Shown here one piece after another: positions 24,677 through 38,405 of a stretch of 64,000 nucleotides of DNA. Below the pieces are notes generated by a model. That model ran no database searches and was not told the origin of the DNA. It saw nothing but the letters and a program-made list of their open reading frames with translations. A program made the translations under genes and the position numbers. Numbering within the stretch: position 1 is the first letter of the stretch; each line of letters begins with the position of its first letter. This DNA comes from Paraspadella gotoi (taxonomy: Eukaryota; Animalia; Chaetognatha), in assembly GCA_051294375.1 (NCBI GenBank), contig CM119263.1, positions 14,807,574-14,871,573 on the forward strand, read 5' to 3'.

Positions 24677-26636
24677 CCTTGCCTTTTTCACGATTGTAAG
24701 TCGAAATCTCTTTTACTGTCGCGAATGCTGCACTTTTTGTTGTTTTTTAAAGTTCAGATGGTGTTCTCTGGCGTCGTTGAAAATTAATAATAATTTTTAT
24801 GATAATTTTAAAACTTGATTTTCACTGTTGCCGTATTTTTATTGCTTCACAGATTTAAATAATTTTTTAGTCGAGAGTTTCCGCCGAGATGAATTTGTTT
24901 TTCAATTTTGGTTTTAAAAATTCCTCTTTGCAATTTAATCGACTGAACTGAATTTTCCGAATTGCCTTTGTTCTTCGGTCCCTTCGGAGATTGAGTAAAC
25001 AAATCCCAGGTTTTTTCGAAGTCTTGATTTGTTAAATTTATTCAAAATACTAAATAAACTTGACGTTAATTTAGAACTAATCTTCGTCTTTTTCCGAGTT
25101 TCGTTTTCGTATTCGGGTTAACTTCGACCTCTAGTGAAATGTGAGCCGAAAGTAAACAAATAAAAGTAACGTAACTTAACAACTAAACTTGTAAACATAA
25201 GGCGAGCGTTCTAAAAAAAAAAAAAAATCATAGTTTTAACAACGATTCCATTTTTCCGTTGGAACCGTCAGTATTTCTCACGTCTCATCGTCGACACCTT
25301 TCTGCTTTGCACAACTATGTACAGTCGTACTTAATGCGGTAGTTGTAGTGATAAAAATACTCTCAAGATTAAAGGCGTTTCCCAATGCCCTCAAAAATTA
25401 TTACTGCAATCTCCAGTAGGAAAAGTAAATCGCAGAGACAATAAATATTGTGGCCTGGCGAGAGGTAACTCTGGTTAGTGGTGACGCTGTTTAAATTTAT
25501 AGCATGTTTCGTGTGAGAATAAAACTAAACAAGTTTACGAATGTTTACAAAAATAAATAAAAATGGAGATGGACGCGCGTACAAGTTCGTACATTGGTAC
25601 AATCGGTCCGTCGCCTGTCCACGTCGTCATCCTTAGTTATCTAACGCCGGAGACGGTTTAGAAATCGGCGGTGGCGGCGGCGGTGGCGGCGGCGTCGCGT
25701 CGGCGGCGGCGGTTGGCGACCGACGAAACTCTCGTCAATGTCAATGCAAATCTTTGGTCCGTGAATAGAGGCATTTCAATGCAAAACATTTCCTTTCAGA
25801 CGCGAGTAAAGACTCGGTGGAGGAGAAACTTAAATGTGTTATGGATTCCGGGGAGATTTCGTCCCGACTGGGGGAGAGAGATTGGTAGATCCGTGGTATG
25901 TCAAGTAGGGAATCGGGGCAAGACATGTCCCTTGTTGTCGGGAAGACGATATGGGGAGTTTTTTTTTAAAGAAAAGAAAGAACATCCAAGGTTGAGAGTC
26001 GAGAGATGAGAAAGTTGAGAGTCTCAGATGGGTTGAGAACAGACAAATTGAAGAGACGAAAGATCAAACGATTCTCTGGAAGGCCAAAAAACTAAAATCG
26101 ACTAAGTGAGAGCGACTTTTAACGTGAATTGTGGAAGACAAAATTGTTTCTAGTACTTTCTAGTATTTTTGTGGGTTGAAACGGAAAAGAAGGGAAGAAT
26201 AAATTACAAAAGGAGAGAAAAAGGCATGGGAGACTGGGAGAAGTGGGAGAGAGATAGATTATTCTAAAAGTCCAAAGAGAGAGTGCAGAAAGACTGAAGG
26301 GAGAAAGTGCAGAAAGTCAGAGAGAGCGAGTGCCATAGGCGAGAAAGACTTCAGGAACCAAAGTCAATGCATACTCGAGCTCAAAGGCCGACCATTTATC
26401 CCCGTGAAAATGGGAAAGGGAATCTTTTGGGCTGGCACTTGGTGTTGGGAAATGGGAGAGAGAGAGAGAAAGAAAAGGTGGGGCGCTGGTCTTAGGGCTT
26501 TTTGACAGAATTGAAGGGTTGGGTGACGTCGTCTGGTGGCCCCGTATGTTGATCCACAGTAAGGGTTAAGTTGCGAGAGAAAAAGGTAGGAGCTGGATAT
26601 CTAGATATATAGTAGAAAGACTGCCATCGAGGAAGT

Positions 26637-26746
26637 GGGGTCGTTGGAGCAGTCGGGGTCGTCGGGGCCGTTGGGGCCGTCGGGTCCGTTGGGGCCGTCG
26701 GGGCCGTCGGGGCCGTCGGGGCCGTACGGGCCGTCGGGGCCGTCGC
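26637..26746. repeat. 9-bp minisatellite (GGGGCCGTC)n
   Basis: About 12 degenerate units; reads (GPS)n on + and (RRP)n on -. Confidence 0.9.
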
Positions 26747-27840
26747 CCAAAGTGAATAAAGCGACGATTGTTTCTTCGACTTTGATTCCCCTTAATACAA
26801 AATTGATTCCGAAGCGGAAAAGGAAAATGTGGAAATGGAAATGGGGCCGACCTCCGAGAGGAGAAAGGCGAAAAGCGGGTCAGGGGGAGAAAGGCGGGGT
26901 GGAGAGGGGGCGTGGAATAGTGGATTAGGGGGAAAAAAAGGAATGGTGGCCGACGGGGGTTAAATAAATTTATGTTCCGCATTTAATGTCTTGAATGTAC
27001 ACTTTTGATCTTCCAAAATGAATATATGAGTCCAGGAGAGGAAATATTATAGAAGCGTCGTTCAAAACAGAACTTTTCAAATGAATGATAATGTCTCAGG
27101 AAAAAAAAAGTTTGTTTTTTATTTTTATTTTCTTTTTTTTTCAGAATAAATCTTTGTTTTTGATTTAATATGAAAATTCGTTAAAAGCGAACATTAAAAA
27201 AAAGGGGGAGAATGTGGCTTCGTTAAAAGCGGGAAAAACCGATCGAATCCGATTCCTTTTTATTTTTGACGAAAAAAAAAAAATCTTTCGTCGTCGTAAG
27301 AAATGGAATTTATATCCACCATGAAATTCTCCTCCCCGATGACGATGATGACGCCGTCGGCGCCGCTGCCGGCGACGACGACGACGACGACGGTGACGAC
27401 GACGGTGACGACGACGGTGACGACCAGGCCCAGAGAAATTAGGATTCAGAGCGAAAATCGTCGACAGTGAGAGATTATGAACGCGCATGAGGGAGAAATG
27501 AGGGCTGGCGGCGGCGGCGGCGGCGGCTGCGGCGGCGGCTGCGAGATCGTTGGGTTTTTGGGAGCGAATTCGCAGCCGCAGAAGCGGTTCGGTTTCGTTT
27601 AGCGAAACGGCAGAGGTTGTCTTTGTTATTAGCGATGACGATGCTTTATGAATCCGATGGCTCCGCGGTTGTCCGCTTCTAATCTTGTCCGAATGGCATG
27701 AATTTAATCTTGGACGGTTCAATTATACCAATTGGCATCCCAGCTAATTTGTTACGATCAACGATTGTTTCGGAACAAAATAATTAGATATAAAGATACT
27801 TATACGGTCTAAATATTAAGTGACGTGTCATTTGTTACAG

Positions 27841-27993
27841 ATGACGCCATCGGCCAAACGCACCCCGAAGAGCGAAGAGCAAGGAGACGACGCCGACAGT
27901 GCCGACTCAGAGGAGTGAGGAGTGAGGACCTCTTGAATTACGCGAGATCCGAGGAGTGGCGTCCGAGCCAAGTGTGTCAAATCGTCGTGAAGG
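27841..27993 (+). other. Candidate internal exon antisense to GIPC intron 2
   Basis: TTTGTTACAG| acceptor, G|GTAAGG donor, 153 nt, open in phase 1-1, GC-rich relative to flanks; no recognised homology. Confidence 0.35.
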
Positions 27994-28508
27994 GTAAGGA
28001 TGACGAAATACGAGGCGGGTACGCAATGCCTACTAAGCTTACTAATGTCTTGAAATCGGATATAAATCGTTTATTCAAGTTTCGCGATAAAAAAAAATAT
28101 ACGAAGACGAGAATTGAATTCCATTCGAAGTTCCATTAAACAGTCGAATCAGTAACGAGGACAGTAAAACCGAACGCGTCAACAAAACAGTGAAAACGTA
28201 AAGGGGGAAAAGATTTTCTCGCCGAAGTCATTAGGGAATCGACATTCGCGTTTATGCGCCTCGTAAATCCGACTTATATTTATTTAGAATAAATATTTTT
28301 TTATTTATAAATATCTCTCATGTAAACGAAAAACCGTAAAAAAAACTGTGACGAAGGTCGACGCGGAACGACGAAAAGAAAATTGAGCGTCTGATTATTT
28401 TCTTTTTTCTCTCTCTCTCTCTCTTCCCCCTCTCTCTCTCTCTCTCTCTCTCTCCATCTCTCCCACTAGGTCTCGCTCTCTCCCTCACCTTCGTCCCCCA
28501 CCTCTTAC

Positions 28509-28743
28509 CTCGCGGGAGAGTCGGGTGAGGCAGGTGGGCGTGCCTCGCCCCGATCCTGATCGTCCGACGATTTCCTGTCTTTTCGGTGACCGTTTTTTCT
28601 GTGATTGTCTTTCCCGTGACTGTCTTTTACGAGATTGTCTCTTGCGGCGTGTTTTTTATGTTCATCTGTTGTGGTCGTCGTCGTCGTCGTCGTCGACGAA
28701 TGCTTGGAATTTCCGAAGAGGGATCCGCTGTTGTTCGTCTTCC
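28509..28743 (-). CDS. GIPC: GIPC coding exon 2 (low-complexity N-terminal insert)
   Basis: CTGATCTCAG| acceptor and AG|GTAAGA donor; phase 1-2 exactly bridges exon 1 (phase 1) and exon 3 (phase 2); open frame GKTNNSGSLFG...TTTTTTTTTDEHKKH...PPASPDSPA. Confidence 0.7.
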
Positions 28744-29344
28744 CTGAGATCAGCGAACAAAGAGATCGTGACGTCAGTCGGGAGTCAAACCAGTTAGTTT
28801 TCATAGTTCATTTTTTTTTATAGGTTAAGCTCAAAAAATCATTTACCGGGTGAAGTATAATCGAAATTTACAATTTATACTCAAAATATTTGTCAACATT
28901 TACAGTTATGTACCGTGGATAATTTTTTGGTTTTTTTACATTTTTTATCAGCTTATAAAAATTAAAAATATATTAATGAAAATATGTGAGATTTTAAATT
29001 CTCAAAAAACTAATTAAAAAAAAAAACTTTTTTAATACTAGTAATCGTAATAAAATTACGATATTAAATTTTAAATCGGCATATGAAACAAGATATATTT
29101 CCAAAATCTTCAGATTCACAGAGAGACGTCATAACTTCGGCTTTCAAATCAGGCGATTCTCTATTCTGGATTTTCATTCAGCAAAGTTGCACTCACCCAC
29201 CGCACCGAGATGACGACGACAACGATGACGACGTCGACGACGACGACGACGACGGACGACGCAGGAGCAGCGGCATCAGACTTACTCCACCTTACCGAGA
29301 ACGAGGATGGAAGCACTCTCTCGACGAAGGGGAGAGAGTGAGGA

Positions 29345-29436
<92 letters not shown>

Positions 29437-30562
29437 GAAAAAAAGAATAAAAATAAGAAGCGAGATGGGGAATAAATGATAACAGAATTTAGAAAAAAAG
29501 AGGAAACTCGTGAACAAAGAAAGAGAAAAAAAGCAAAAAAATCAGAGCGTCATTTCTACCATAATTTCGTCTTCAGAATCCACAAAATCAAAACGAAAAA
29601 AAAAGAACATCGACGTCGTATATTGACTTCTGCTGAGGCGAGCGAGAGACGCGAGAAGAGCAAACACCGCGCTCCCTTTCCGACACCTCTAATTTTATTT
29701 ATAATTTTAACTCTTAATACTACCAGATAAAATATCGCCCCGTGTTTTAAATTTAATTGATTCCTTTTTTACGTATCTAAACTACTGGGTAGAATACTAG
29801 AATACATTATCATTTCTTAATTAGAAAATCAATTTCTTGATGCAAATTTATTACAATTCAAATTTTATTTTAGATGTAGCGGTCCTTCTTTTTAGAAGTC
29901 CCGAGGACCAGGCGATATCGCGGTGAGAAAACTCTTGTCGTTTTCTCCCTTTTCTGATGATGGATGTCAAAGATGCGTTGGCCTCTCAGGTCTCCCATTT
30001 TTTTCAGGGCTGTTAAAGGGGCTTTGGCCTTAGCTCATTTTCCAGATTTTAAGCGAATTAAAAAGGGTTGGGTCATAAAGTTTTAGGAAATATCATAGGT
30101 GTCAATGATTATTAATTAAACAACCGTTTAGTTATCACACGTATAATATAAACTGTATACTATTGAGCGCTGAGGTAATGAGCCATCTCTACATACGTAC
30201 TTGAAATTCGAAAAAGTAAGAGAGAAAGTTTGAAAAAAAATCACAGAATCAGTCAACGCGCTTTGTAATCTTTACTTGTTAATATGCTCTCGGGTGAACC
30301 ATGCGCATAATTTTTTTTTCGACGAAATTGTTTCACAAGAAAGTCACATCCTGAGCGACGACGAAAACGACGACGACGAAAACGACGACGATATGGCGAC
30401 GACGTAGAAAAAAAAGCAATCTTTCCTTTAGATTGAAAAACATTTAAAAACAAAAAAGAGAAGAGAAAAAAACCAAAACAAAAACACTCGCAAAAAAGAA
30501 TTTTGAAGGCGCGGGAAGAGGGAAGGAGGGTGGAAAGAATGATCGGGGTGTTGGATTGGAGA

Positions 30563-30596
30563 AGAATTGGAGAATTGGAGAATTGGAGAATTGGAG
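30563..30596. repeat. (AGAATTGG)n octamer repeat
   Basis: Four tandem units, with dispersed variants nearby. Confidence 0.8.
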
Positions 30597-32883
30597 AAAG
30601 GGGAATAGAAGATTGGAGAACACTGTAGAAAAAATAAAAAAAATGATGGATGGATGGAGTAAGAAATGAAGAGGACATTTGAAAAAAGGAGAATTGGAGA
30701 AAGGAAGATTTCGATATTCGGAAAAGAATGTTAAACGATTGAGACAAGAACTAGTCTATTGTATTGTATTATGATTATCATCAGAATTAACTAAAAGTTA
30801 CTTTTTCGGGACTCGAAAAGTTCTGTAAAGTTAAACTATTCGATAGTTAAACTTAATAAATCAATAATCATTGGTTTCACGGAGCGAAATTGGAGACGTT
30901 ACAACGTGATCGGAAGTGAAGAGGAAGTTTGGATGTGATGATTTTTATTGGAGAATCTCAGCCTCGGGATTGGAATGATGCAGAAGGAAGGACCTCGACG
31001 AGGGGGGGGGGAAAGAGACCGAGTGGCCCCTCCCATATAAGTAGAGCCAGATGGGTAAGAAATGATTATTTTTTTTTTCATCCCGAAGAAAGAATTGAAG
31101 GATGGAAAGCTTAAGGAAAATGCCGACTGGAAAAAAAAATGAGAAGGAACTTCGGTTTGAGGGAAAGTGAGTTCTGTGCTGAGAACGATGATGAATTTTA
31201 TGGGCGACGAGAGCGACGAAAACGACGACCGCGATGATAATGATGAAGATGACGATGAACCCATTATGTCGTCTTTCACTTTTCTCCGGTCTCCAATATA
31301 GAAAGTTTATATTGTTTGAGACGTCTTCTTCTAGTTGTCGTTACTGGGTTAACATTTCGTCAGTTGATTATAGTCGGGCTAATTGTCATCGTCGTCGTCG
31401 TCGCTGTCGTTATATTGTCTATGTCATCGCTATCATGCTTGACCTCGCCCGAGATGTCGTCGTTGTCATTATCATTGACAATCTCGTTTCTATCATTTTC
31501 ATCTAATTATCATCTAATTATGATGTTACTGGCATCATTTACCTCATTTTCGTCATCAGCGTTGTCTTCCTCATAGAATGTAATCATCATTGAATTTGTC
31601 TATTCCTTTTCCTCAACTCTCGGGGATTCGGGAGATTTCGACCGAAGGCTCTCAGTTTGTCCGGGCGAAGACTCGAACGCTCGACATCGCGAGCGTGAGA
31701 AGAAAACAATCTCACAGCCTTCATTGACTTTGTCAAACTCATCCTACTAGATGTCATCGTCATTGTGATTGACAAGCTCGTTCTATCATTTAAATCTTTG
31801 TCAATACGATGTCGTTGTCATCGTCCAAATCTTCCCGATCATCATCATCAGCATCATCTTCCCCGTCTCTCCGACGCCATCTCCTCTCTTAGGATGAGAC
31901 GCGACAAAAATTTAAGCGAGGCGTTTGTCCGCGAAGGTTTTTTTTTCTTTCGAACCACTGAATATTTCTCGAATAAGAAATGCCATAAAATGCAAATAAA
32001 ATTGCGGCGAGGAGTTGGAGGGAAGGACCCGGCACCACAGCGCGGGCTGGAAGCGTAGATCCGAAGAGTCGCTTCCTCCACTCCGATCACTCTTTCCTCT
32101 TGTCTTCATCATTCTTTTCTTTTTCCTCTCTTTTCTCTCTTACCCTCTCTTTCTCTCACCTTCCCACTCCCCTCGTTCTTTCTTGGGGTGAGGGTTGGGG
32201 TCGAGGGGTGATGAGTGGCATTTCTTCTCTGATCTTCCTCTCGCTTCCGCATTCACATCCTGCGCGACTCCCGATTCTTTCCCGCTTTTTCCCCCTTCTC
32301 CTAAGAATCTAACCTCGGCACCACCAAAGCTCGTTATTCACTCTCTTCTCTTTGGTCGGTCGGATAAAACGTCGCGTCTTGGCCCGGGAGTTGCGAGGTC
32401 GAGCCCTGGTTGGAGTACTCATGTGAAAAAGCGTTACTAACATCTTTGAACAACTCTCCTTTCAAAAAATGCTCTTAGACTTAGTTGAATCAAGTTGATA
32501 GGTTCTGATGAGGATTGAAGGCATAAGACGGTTCAATAATGAAAATGGTAAGATAAATTAATGTATAAAAAATAAATAAATATAAAGAGACATATTAACT
32601 AAGAAGGCCACAACCACAACAGCAACAACATCCCCATTCTGCTTTTTTTTTGTCGTCACCGAGCGAAAAACCAACTCATCAGTATGACGTTCCTTTGTTG
32701 TCCGCAAGAAGTAGAAGAAGAAAAAAAGGGAATAAAAAACTTATTCCGGCACTTCTTAGTTTTTTTTTTTTTTTTTTCTATATCTTTTGCGTTCTCCGCA
32801 CCGCTCATCTTTTCTTTTTATTTTTCTTCTTCATCCACGAGTTCCGCATTTTTTCACCTCCACTTCTTTCTGTTGTTTTTTTT

Positions 32884-32983
<100 letters not shown>

Positions 32984-34250
32984 TTTTCCTCAGAGTTTCT
33001 CTGTCTCTCTCCGCGTCGACTCACATATTCTCTTCGCTGCCTCTCACACCTCGTTGCCTTAAATCATCGACGGTGAAAAGTCCGGGGGAGGATCACTGGA
33101 GCGGGAACCGAGAATGCGCGAGAGAGAGTGAATTGGGCTTAGGAATTTGTCAGACGGGGAGCTGGCATGGAGAATGCGTGAGCGAGAGAGCGTTAACTGG
33201 GCTTAGGGAATCTAGAATGCGCGAGCAAAAGACCGATGTCTAGTTTGAGAAAAAAAGAAAGGGGGTTGCAATAGTTTAAACGCAAACACATTTGGATAAT
33301 TTTGAATTGGTCGTGATGATTGGTGAATAATGAAAGTAATAAAATCGAAAAGCTGGATTGGTGACATAAAATGAATGAAGTAGGGAAATTTATATGAGAA
33401 GTTTGAAGAAAAAAATGTTTCGTGAAAGAGAAATAATAAGTGGAAAGATTGAAAATGGAGAAAGAAAATTACAAGGAAAGGAAAATTGTCTCGAGGAACC
33501 TACGAACAATGGAACCAAAATCGGGACAAAAAATGCGCGAAAGAAAATTGGGACTATAAATGCAAGGAAAAAAGACACGTGACAAATACATAGGGTGTTG
33601 AAAAAGAGACATGGAAATATTATACAATACCCTACAAAATATCATATTTCTTATTTCTGATTATGAAAAAATAATCGTAAAGTTAAACATAGTATTTCGA
33701 ATCTGTTTTCCAACCAAGAAGGAGAAATAATCTTTTTGATGGTGAAGATGGAAGTAAGATTGATGATCGCCGAGTCGGTGCGAAAAGCCGCGCAGAATCG
33801 TGGAGATCGTAAAAATAACAGAGTAGTCTCTTTAGCGAAGACTACAGGGAATTATGGGCCGAAAAGCGCGTTGGGAATTTCGCAACCAGAGCGTGACGTC
33901 AAAGACAGCGAAAACCAGTTTTTTATGCGGGAGAGAGAGAGAGAGATAGAGACAGAGAGAAAAAAAAGGACAAAATGAAATAGGAAAAACGGAAGACAAA
34001 GAAAAATAAGTCAAAAAAGCACATAACACAGCAGGGCGAACATGCTTTTTCGTGGAGAAAAGCCAAAGCGACTTTTATCACGGAACCAGATGGTTCGCGA
34101 CGGGAGAGGGAGGATCTGTGAAAGAATAATAATCTAGGTTTTATATTAAAGTTATAATAAATATCAAGACTCACAGCAATGATGAAGAGGAACTTTTTTG
34201 TGAAGATTGAAAGTGAAAATTTCAACCGAAATTGGAGAAGCCGTCAGTGA

Positions 34251-34479
34251 ATCGTCGAAGCTGATATCGTCGCTGACATCGTCGTAGCATTCGTCGCTGA
34301 CATCGTCGTAGCATTCGTCGCTGACATCGTCGCTACAATCGTCGTAGCATTCGTCGCTGACATCATCCCTGCCATCGTTGCTGACATCGTCGCTGACATC
34401 GTCGTAGCATTCGTCGCTGACTTCGTTGCTGCCAACGTCGTTGGAATCGTCGCTAACATCGTCGGTGTCATCGTCGCTG
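34251..34479. repeat. 12-bp minisatellite with 24-bp higher-order structure
   Basis: Alternating TCGTCGCTGACA and TCGTCGTAGCAT units, about 19 units. Confidence 0.9.
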
Positions 34480-34494
34480 TGCTCCCGGAGGGAT

Positions 34495-34534
34495 AGGCTA
34501 AGGCTAAGGCTAAGGCTAAGGCTAAGGCTAAGGC
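34495..34534. repeat. (TAAGGC)n hexamer repeat running into an N-gap
   Basis: Between 6 and 7 perfect units of AGGCTA. Confidence 0.9.
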
Positions 34535-36039
34535 NNNNNNNNNNNNNNNNNNNNNNNNNNNNNNNNNNNNNNNNNNNNNNNNNNNNNNNNNNNNNNNNNN
34601 NNNNNNNNNNNNNNNNNNNNNNNNNNNNNNNNNNNNNNNNNNNNNNNNNNNNNNNNNNNNNNNNNNNNNNNNNNNNNNNNNNNNNNNNNNNNNNNNNNNN
34701 NNNNNNNNNNNNNNNNNNNNNNNNNNNNNNNNNNNNNNNNNNNNNNNNNNNNNNNNNNNNNNNNNNNNNNNNNNNNNNNNNNNNNNNNNNNNNNNNNNNN
34801 NNNNNNNNNNNNNNNNNNAAGGGAGAGAAGCAGGAAAAGGAAATAAAGAAAAAATGTGTCAAAGAATCAAGAAATTAAAGAGCAGAGGAGCGAAGCGAAA
34901 AAATTCTCTGTGTGTAACTGGAGAACTTCATGATTGAAAGCGAGAAAAACCTTAAGCGAAAGAAAACCAGACAATTCTCCCCTCTCTCTCTCTACTTGAT
35001 ACCCTCTCTCATAAACACAGTTAAATTAGAAAATAAGCGTTATTAGTTAGTAACGAAATTTTAAAAAAAAAAAATGGTGGTAAGGAGGGAGGAGGGGGAG
35101 AGAGAAGAGAGAGAGAAAAGAGAGAGAGAGAGAAGAGGAGAGACAGAGAGAGAGAAAGAGAGAGAAGAGAAGAGGAGAGAGAAGAAGTGANNNNNNNNNN
35201 NNNNNNNNNNNNNNNNNNNNNNNNNNNNNNNNNNNNNNNNNNNNNNNNNNNNNNNNNNNNNNNNNNNNNNNNNNNNNNNNNNNNNNNNNNNNNNNNNNNN
35301 NNNNNNNNNNNNNNNNNNNNNNNNNNNNNNNNNNNNNNNNNNNNNNNNNNNNNNNNNNNNNNNNNNNNNNNNNNNNNNNNNNNNNNNNNNNNNNNNNNNN
35401 NNNNNNNNNNNNNNNNNNNNNNNNNNNNNNNNNNNNNNGAGAGAGCATCCCTAGAGACGTTGCACATCTAATTCTGAAAAGATGCTTCTTGCTTTTTTTA
35501 ACCAGTTCCCATTTTTTCTCATCGAAAAAAGTCAGTCGGTTTCTGGTTTTACCAAAGGCTTTAAGGGAACGACTCTAGGGAACGCTTGGTGAGACTTGGT
35601 GAGATTCTCTTGTTGAACATGGCACCGGAAGCGGAAGGAAAAAAAAGGACGGAGACTGGAGAACGAGCGAAAAGAGAGAGAAGAAGACAGAGAAAAAAAG
35701 ATCTAGAAAGCTTGGAGCGCGAGAAGGAAGAGATAAAAAGTGACGCAGAGAGAGAATAGAAGAAACGTGGTTATAAAAAAGAGAGAATTATATGTGACCA
35801 GGGGAATCTTGTTTTTCTCTACTATGATCGAGTAAAGTATTCCAAACGTCCCCATTGATTCTATTTCAATATAGTTAAATCACACATCTGCGTCAAACCA
35901 GGCGGCGCGAGGCGATCGTAACAAAGAAATAAACGCGCGATCGTTTTCGTTACATTAAATCGCGAACCTTTGATAAAAGACGAAAGAAACAAAAGACAAC
36001 ATCAACGCGGCGAAGAAAGCGAAACGATTTCGAGACCAT

Positions 36040-36122
36040 TGGCAACGGCAATGGCGACGGCAATGGCACTGGCAATGGCAAGGGCAATGGCGACGTCAAT
36101 GGCAAGGGCAATGGCAAGGGCA
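36040..36122. repeat. 12-bp minisatellite (TGGCAAGGGCAA-like)
   Basis: About 7 degenerate units. Confidence 0.85.
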
Positions 36123-36659
36123 TCGCTTGTTTGCGTGTACCGGTTCGCACGTGGCGCCATTTTGAGTGACGCGGCTTTGATGAGACCAGGAGAACGAGAG
36201 AAATTTACTGAGAATGTCGGTACTCGGGAGAGGAGATAAATATCCCTCATCTTATTGTTTGAATCTACAGATGGGAAAATACAGAATGGAGAGAGGAAGA
36301 AAAGAGAAGAGGTCGATGAGAGCAGAAGAGGACGTAGAAGAGAGAAGAGAGAGAGATAGAGAGAGAACGAGGAGACAGAGATAAATTAAATAAATAAAAA
36401 GAAAGAAAAAGAAAGAAAAATAAGACAGAAAGAAAGAAGAAGAAAAATTAAAAAAAAAAAAGAAAAAGAGAGAGACAGTGAAAAAGAGAAAAAAGAAAAA
36501 AAAACGTGAACTGTGGAAGAGAGCGACGAGCATGCCACAACAAGCACACGGCGACTTCCGACCAAATTTCAAGCGTGTGGAGAAAAGAGGAAACAAGAGA
36601 AGAAGGAGAAACGCAGACCTCTCCTCTCATCTCTTCTCTCTCGCTCTCGTTCTTCTCTC

Positions 36660-36693
<34 letters not shown>

Positions 36694-37814
36694 ACTCTCT
36701 CTGCTCTCGCCCTAATGGCGACGAATAATCTCGCTAATCCCCACCAGCGGAAAAAAACAACACAAAAAACAGAGAAAACTAAACAAAAAACTCGCAATTT
36801 CAACCTTTGCTTGTGCGTTTTTCCGATGGGGGCGCAACATAGCCGCGTTTCGCTCCAGGCGCTTCCACTTTACGCACCCTTTCGAATTGGCGCATTCTTT
36901 CGTCTCAGCGTCTAAACGCCGCCTCCCTCCGCGTTGGTCTTTCCGACTCTAGGAATTTACTAAACTCGGGCTCCTGGGTTTCGGCACAGACTCTTTTACC
37001 TCGGAATGCATCTTCAAGGCGCTGGTCCTTACCGCGCGCTGCAATTTTGCGGGAACAACGCTTGCTTCACCTCGCGTTTGCGGCGTGGGCTTGTTGTTAC
37101 TCTCACGACCCTTCCAGCGTGAGCTTTTATGTTTCACTTACAATTCTTAGGCAAACTTTATATTAATCGTAATACCTACTTTTCAGTTTTTTATTATTTC
37201 CGAATCCATTTGTTCTAGTCTGAAAGCAACTTAGCACCTCTCGACGCTTTTATAAAACGTCACAATCGCTTTTATTTTAATAAATTACTCTGTTCAGTTT
37301 CACTATAGTAATTTACTTTCCATTGCTCCGGCGAGCGGGTTCGTTTCTGCTCGCACGCGCTTCGGATTGGGGCCTGCGTTCCCGCGGCACGCGTTATTCT
37401 CCCGGCCCGCTTTCGTGTTTTCGAGTTTTAAATTTCCTTCGGAGGCTCGAAACCCATTCGCAGAGACGTTAACGCGCGGGGGCGAAATCGGCTAGGGCAA
37501 CACGGAGGCGAACGAGAGACGGGCCATACGACGAATTTTGGTTCGGAGCAGTGATCTCAACCACAAAATTAACGGAGAATCCGGGGAAAAGTTTCGAGAA
37601 TGCATCAACCGTTTTTTTTTTTAAATACGAAAATTAATGTCAACCATGAAGTTCATTCATAGCTTTGGCTTTTCAATTGCGCATTAAAAAGATTAAAGTT
37701 ACAAAAAAAATATATTCATCTGTCATAGTAGGGAATCGAATTTTCGGAATATTGATCGTGCGAATATATTGATACTAAATTTAAGTTTAAGACCATTGCA
37801 TTCAAAAGACTTAC

Positions 37815-37878
37815 CTGTGAAAATCGGCCCCTGATGAGCGTCCGGCTCTTTTTTCTTTTTCGCTCCGAAGAGAGGCAT
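37815..37878 (-). CDS. GIPC: GIPC coding exon 1 (start codon)
   Basis: Too short for the ORF track. Reads MPLFGAKKKKEPDAHQGPIFT, matching the MPL-plus-basic N-terminus of GIPC proteins; A at -3, in-frame TAG 17 codons upstream, perfect CAG|GTAAGT donor, phase 1. Confidence 0.82.
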
Positions 37879-38353
37879 GATGGCAATATTGTTCTCGTCT
37901 TCGTCGTTGTTGTTGTTGTCGTTGTTCTAGTTGTGCTAGATAATGTGGGGCGTTTTAAACGTTAATGTTGCTTGAGAGGTTGAAGCATTGCAGTAAACTT
38001 TGAAAGCGGGATTCCCAGAAGCTTTCTTAAATATGTTCCTCGTAGTTTTGTTTTCACTCTATGAAAGTTTTGAAACGGGAGAGGAGAGAGGGTCGAGGAA
38101 GTTGCAGTACGGAAAGGTTACAAGAATGGGTTTATAGAAGTAGGGGGAGTAACGTGGAAAAGATCGCCCATCGCGTTTCCATGGTGACGAGAACAGTTTG
38201 GAGATCCTCGTTTCCGACGTCGTCGTCGTGGTTTCTAATTTCGCCGACTTCCGATGAGCAGATGGCGCTTCCGTAACAGATTGCGCATCGTCTCCGTCAT
38301 AAGCTAAACAAAAAAGCATCGATAAATATCAACATTAGAAATAGGGGAACAGT

Positions 38354-38405
<52 letters not shown>

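Noticed and set aside
26635-26928. Collagen-like (GPS)n ORF
   Set aside because: Only about 10 triplets from a 9-bp minisatellite; no signal peptide, ATG or convincing splice sites.
28744-28804. ATG at 28804 as the GIPC start
   Set aside because: A good acceptor at 28744-28746 and the MPLFG exon at 37815-37878 explain the structure better.
34244-34471. Thr/Ala-rich antifreeze- or mucin-like ORF and Asp-rich alternative frame
   Set aside because: Open frames are expected from a 12-bp repeat; no exon boundaries were seen.
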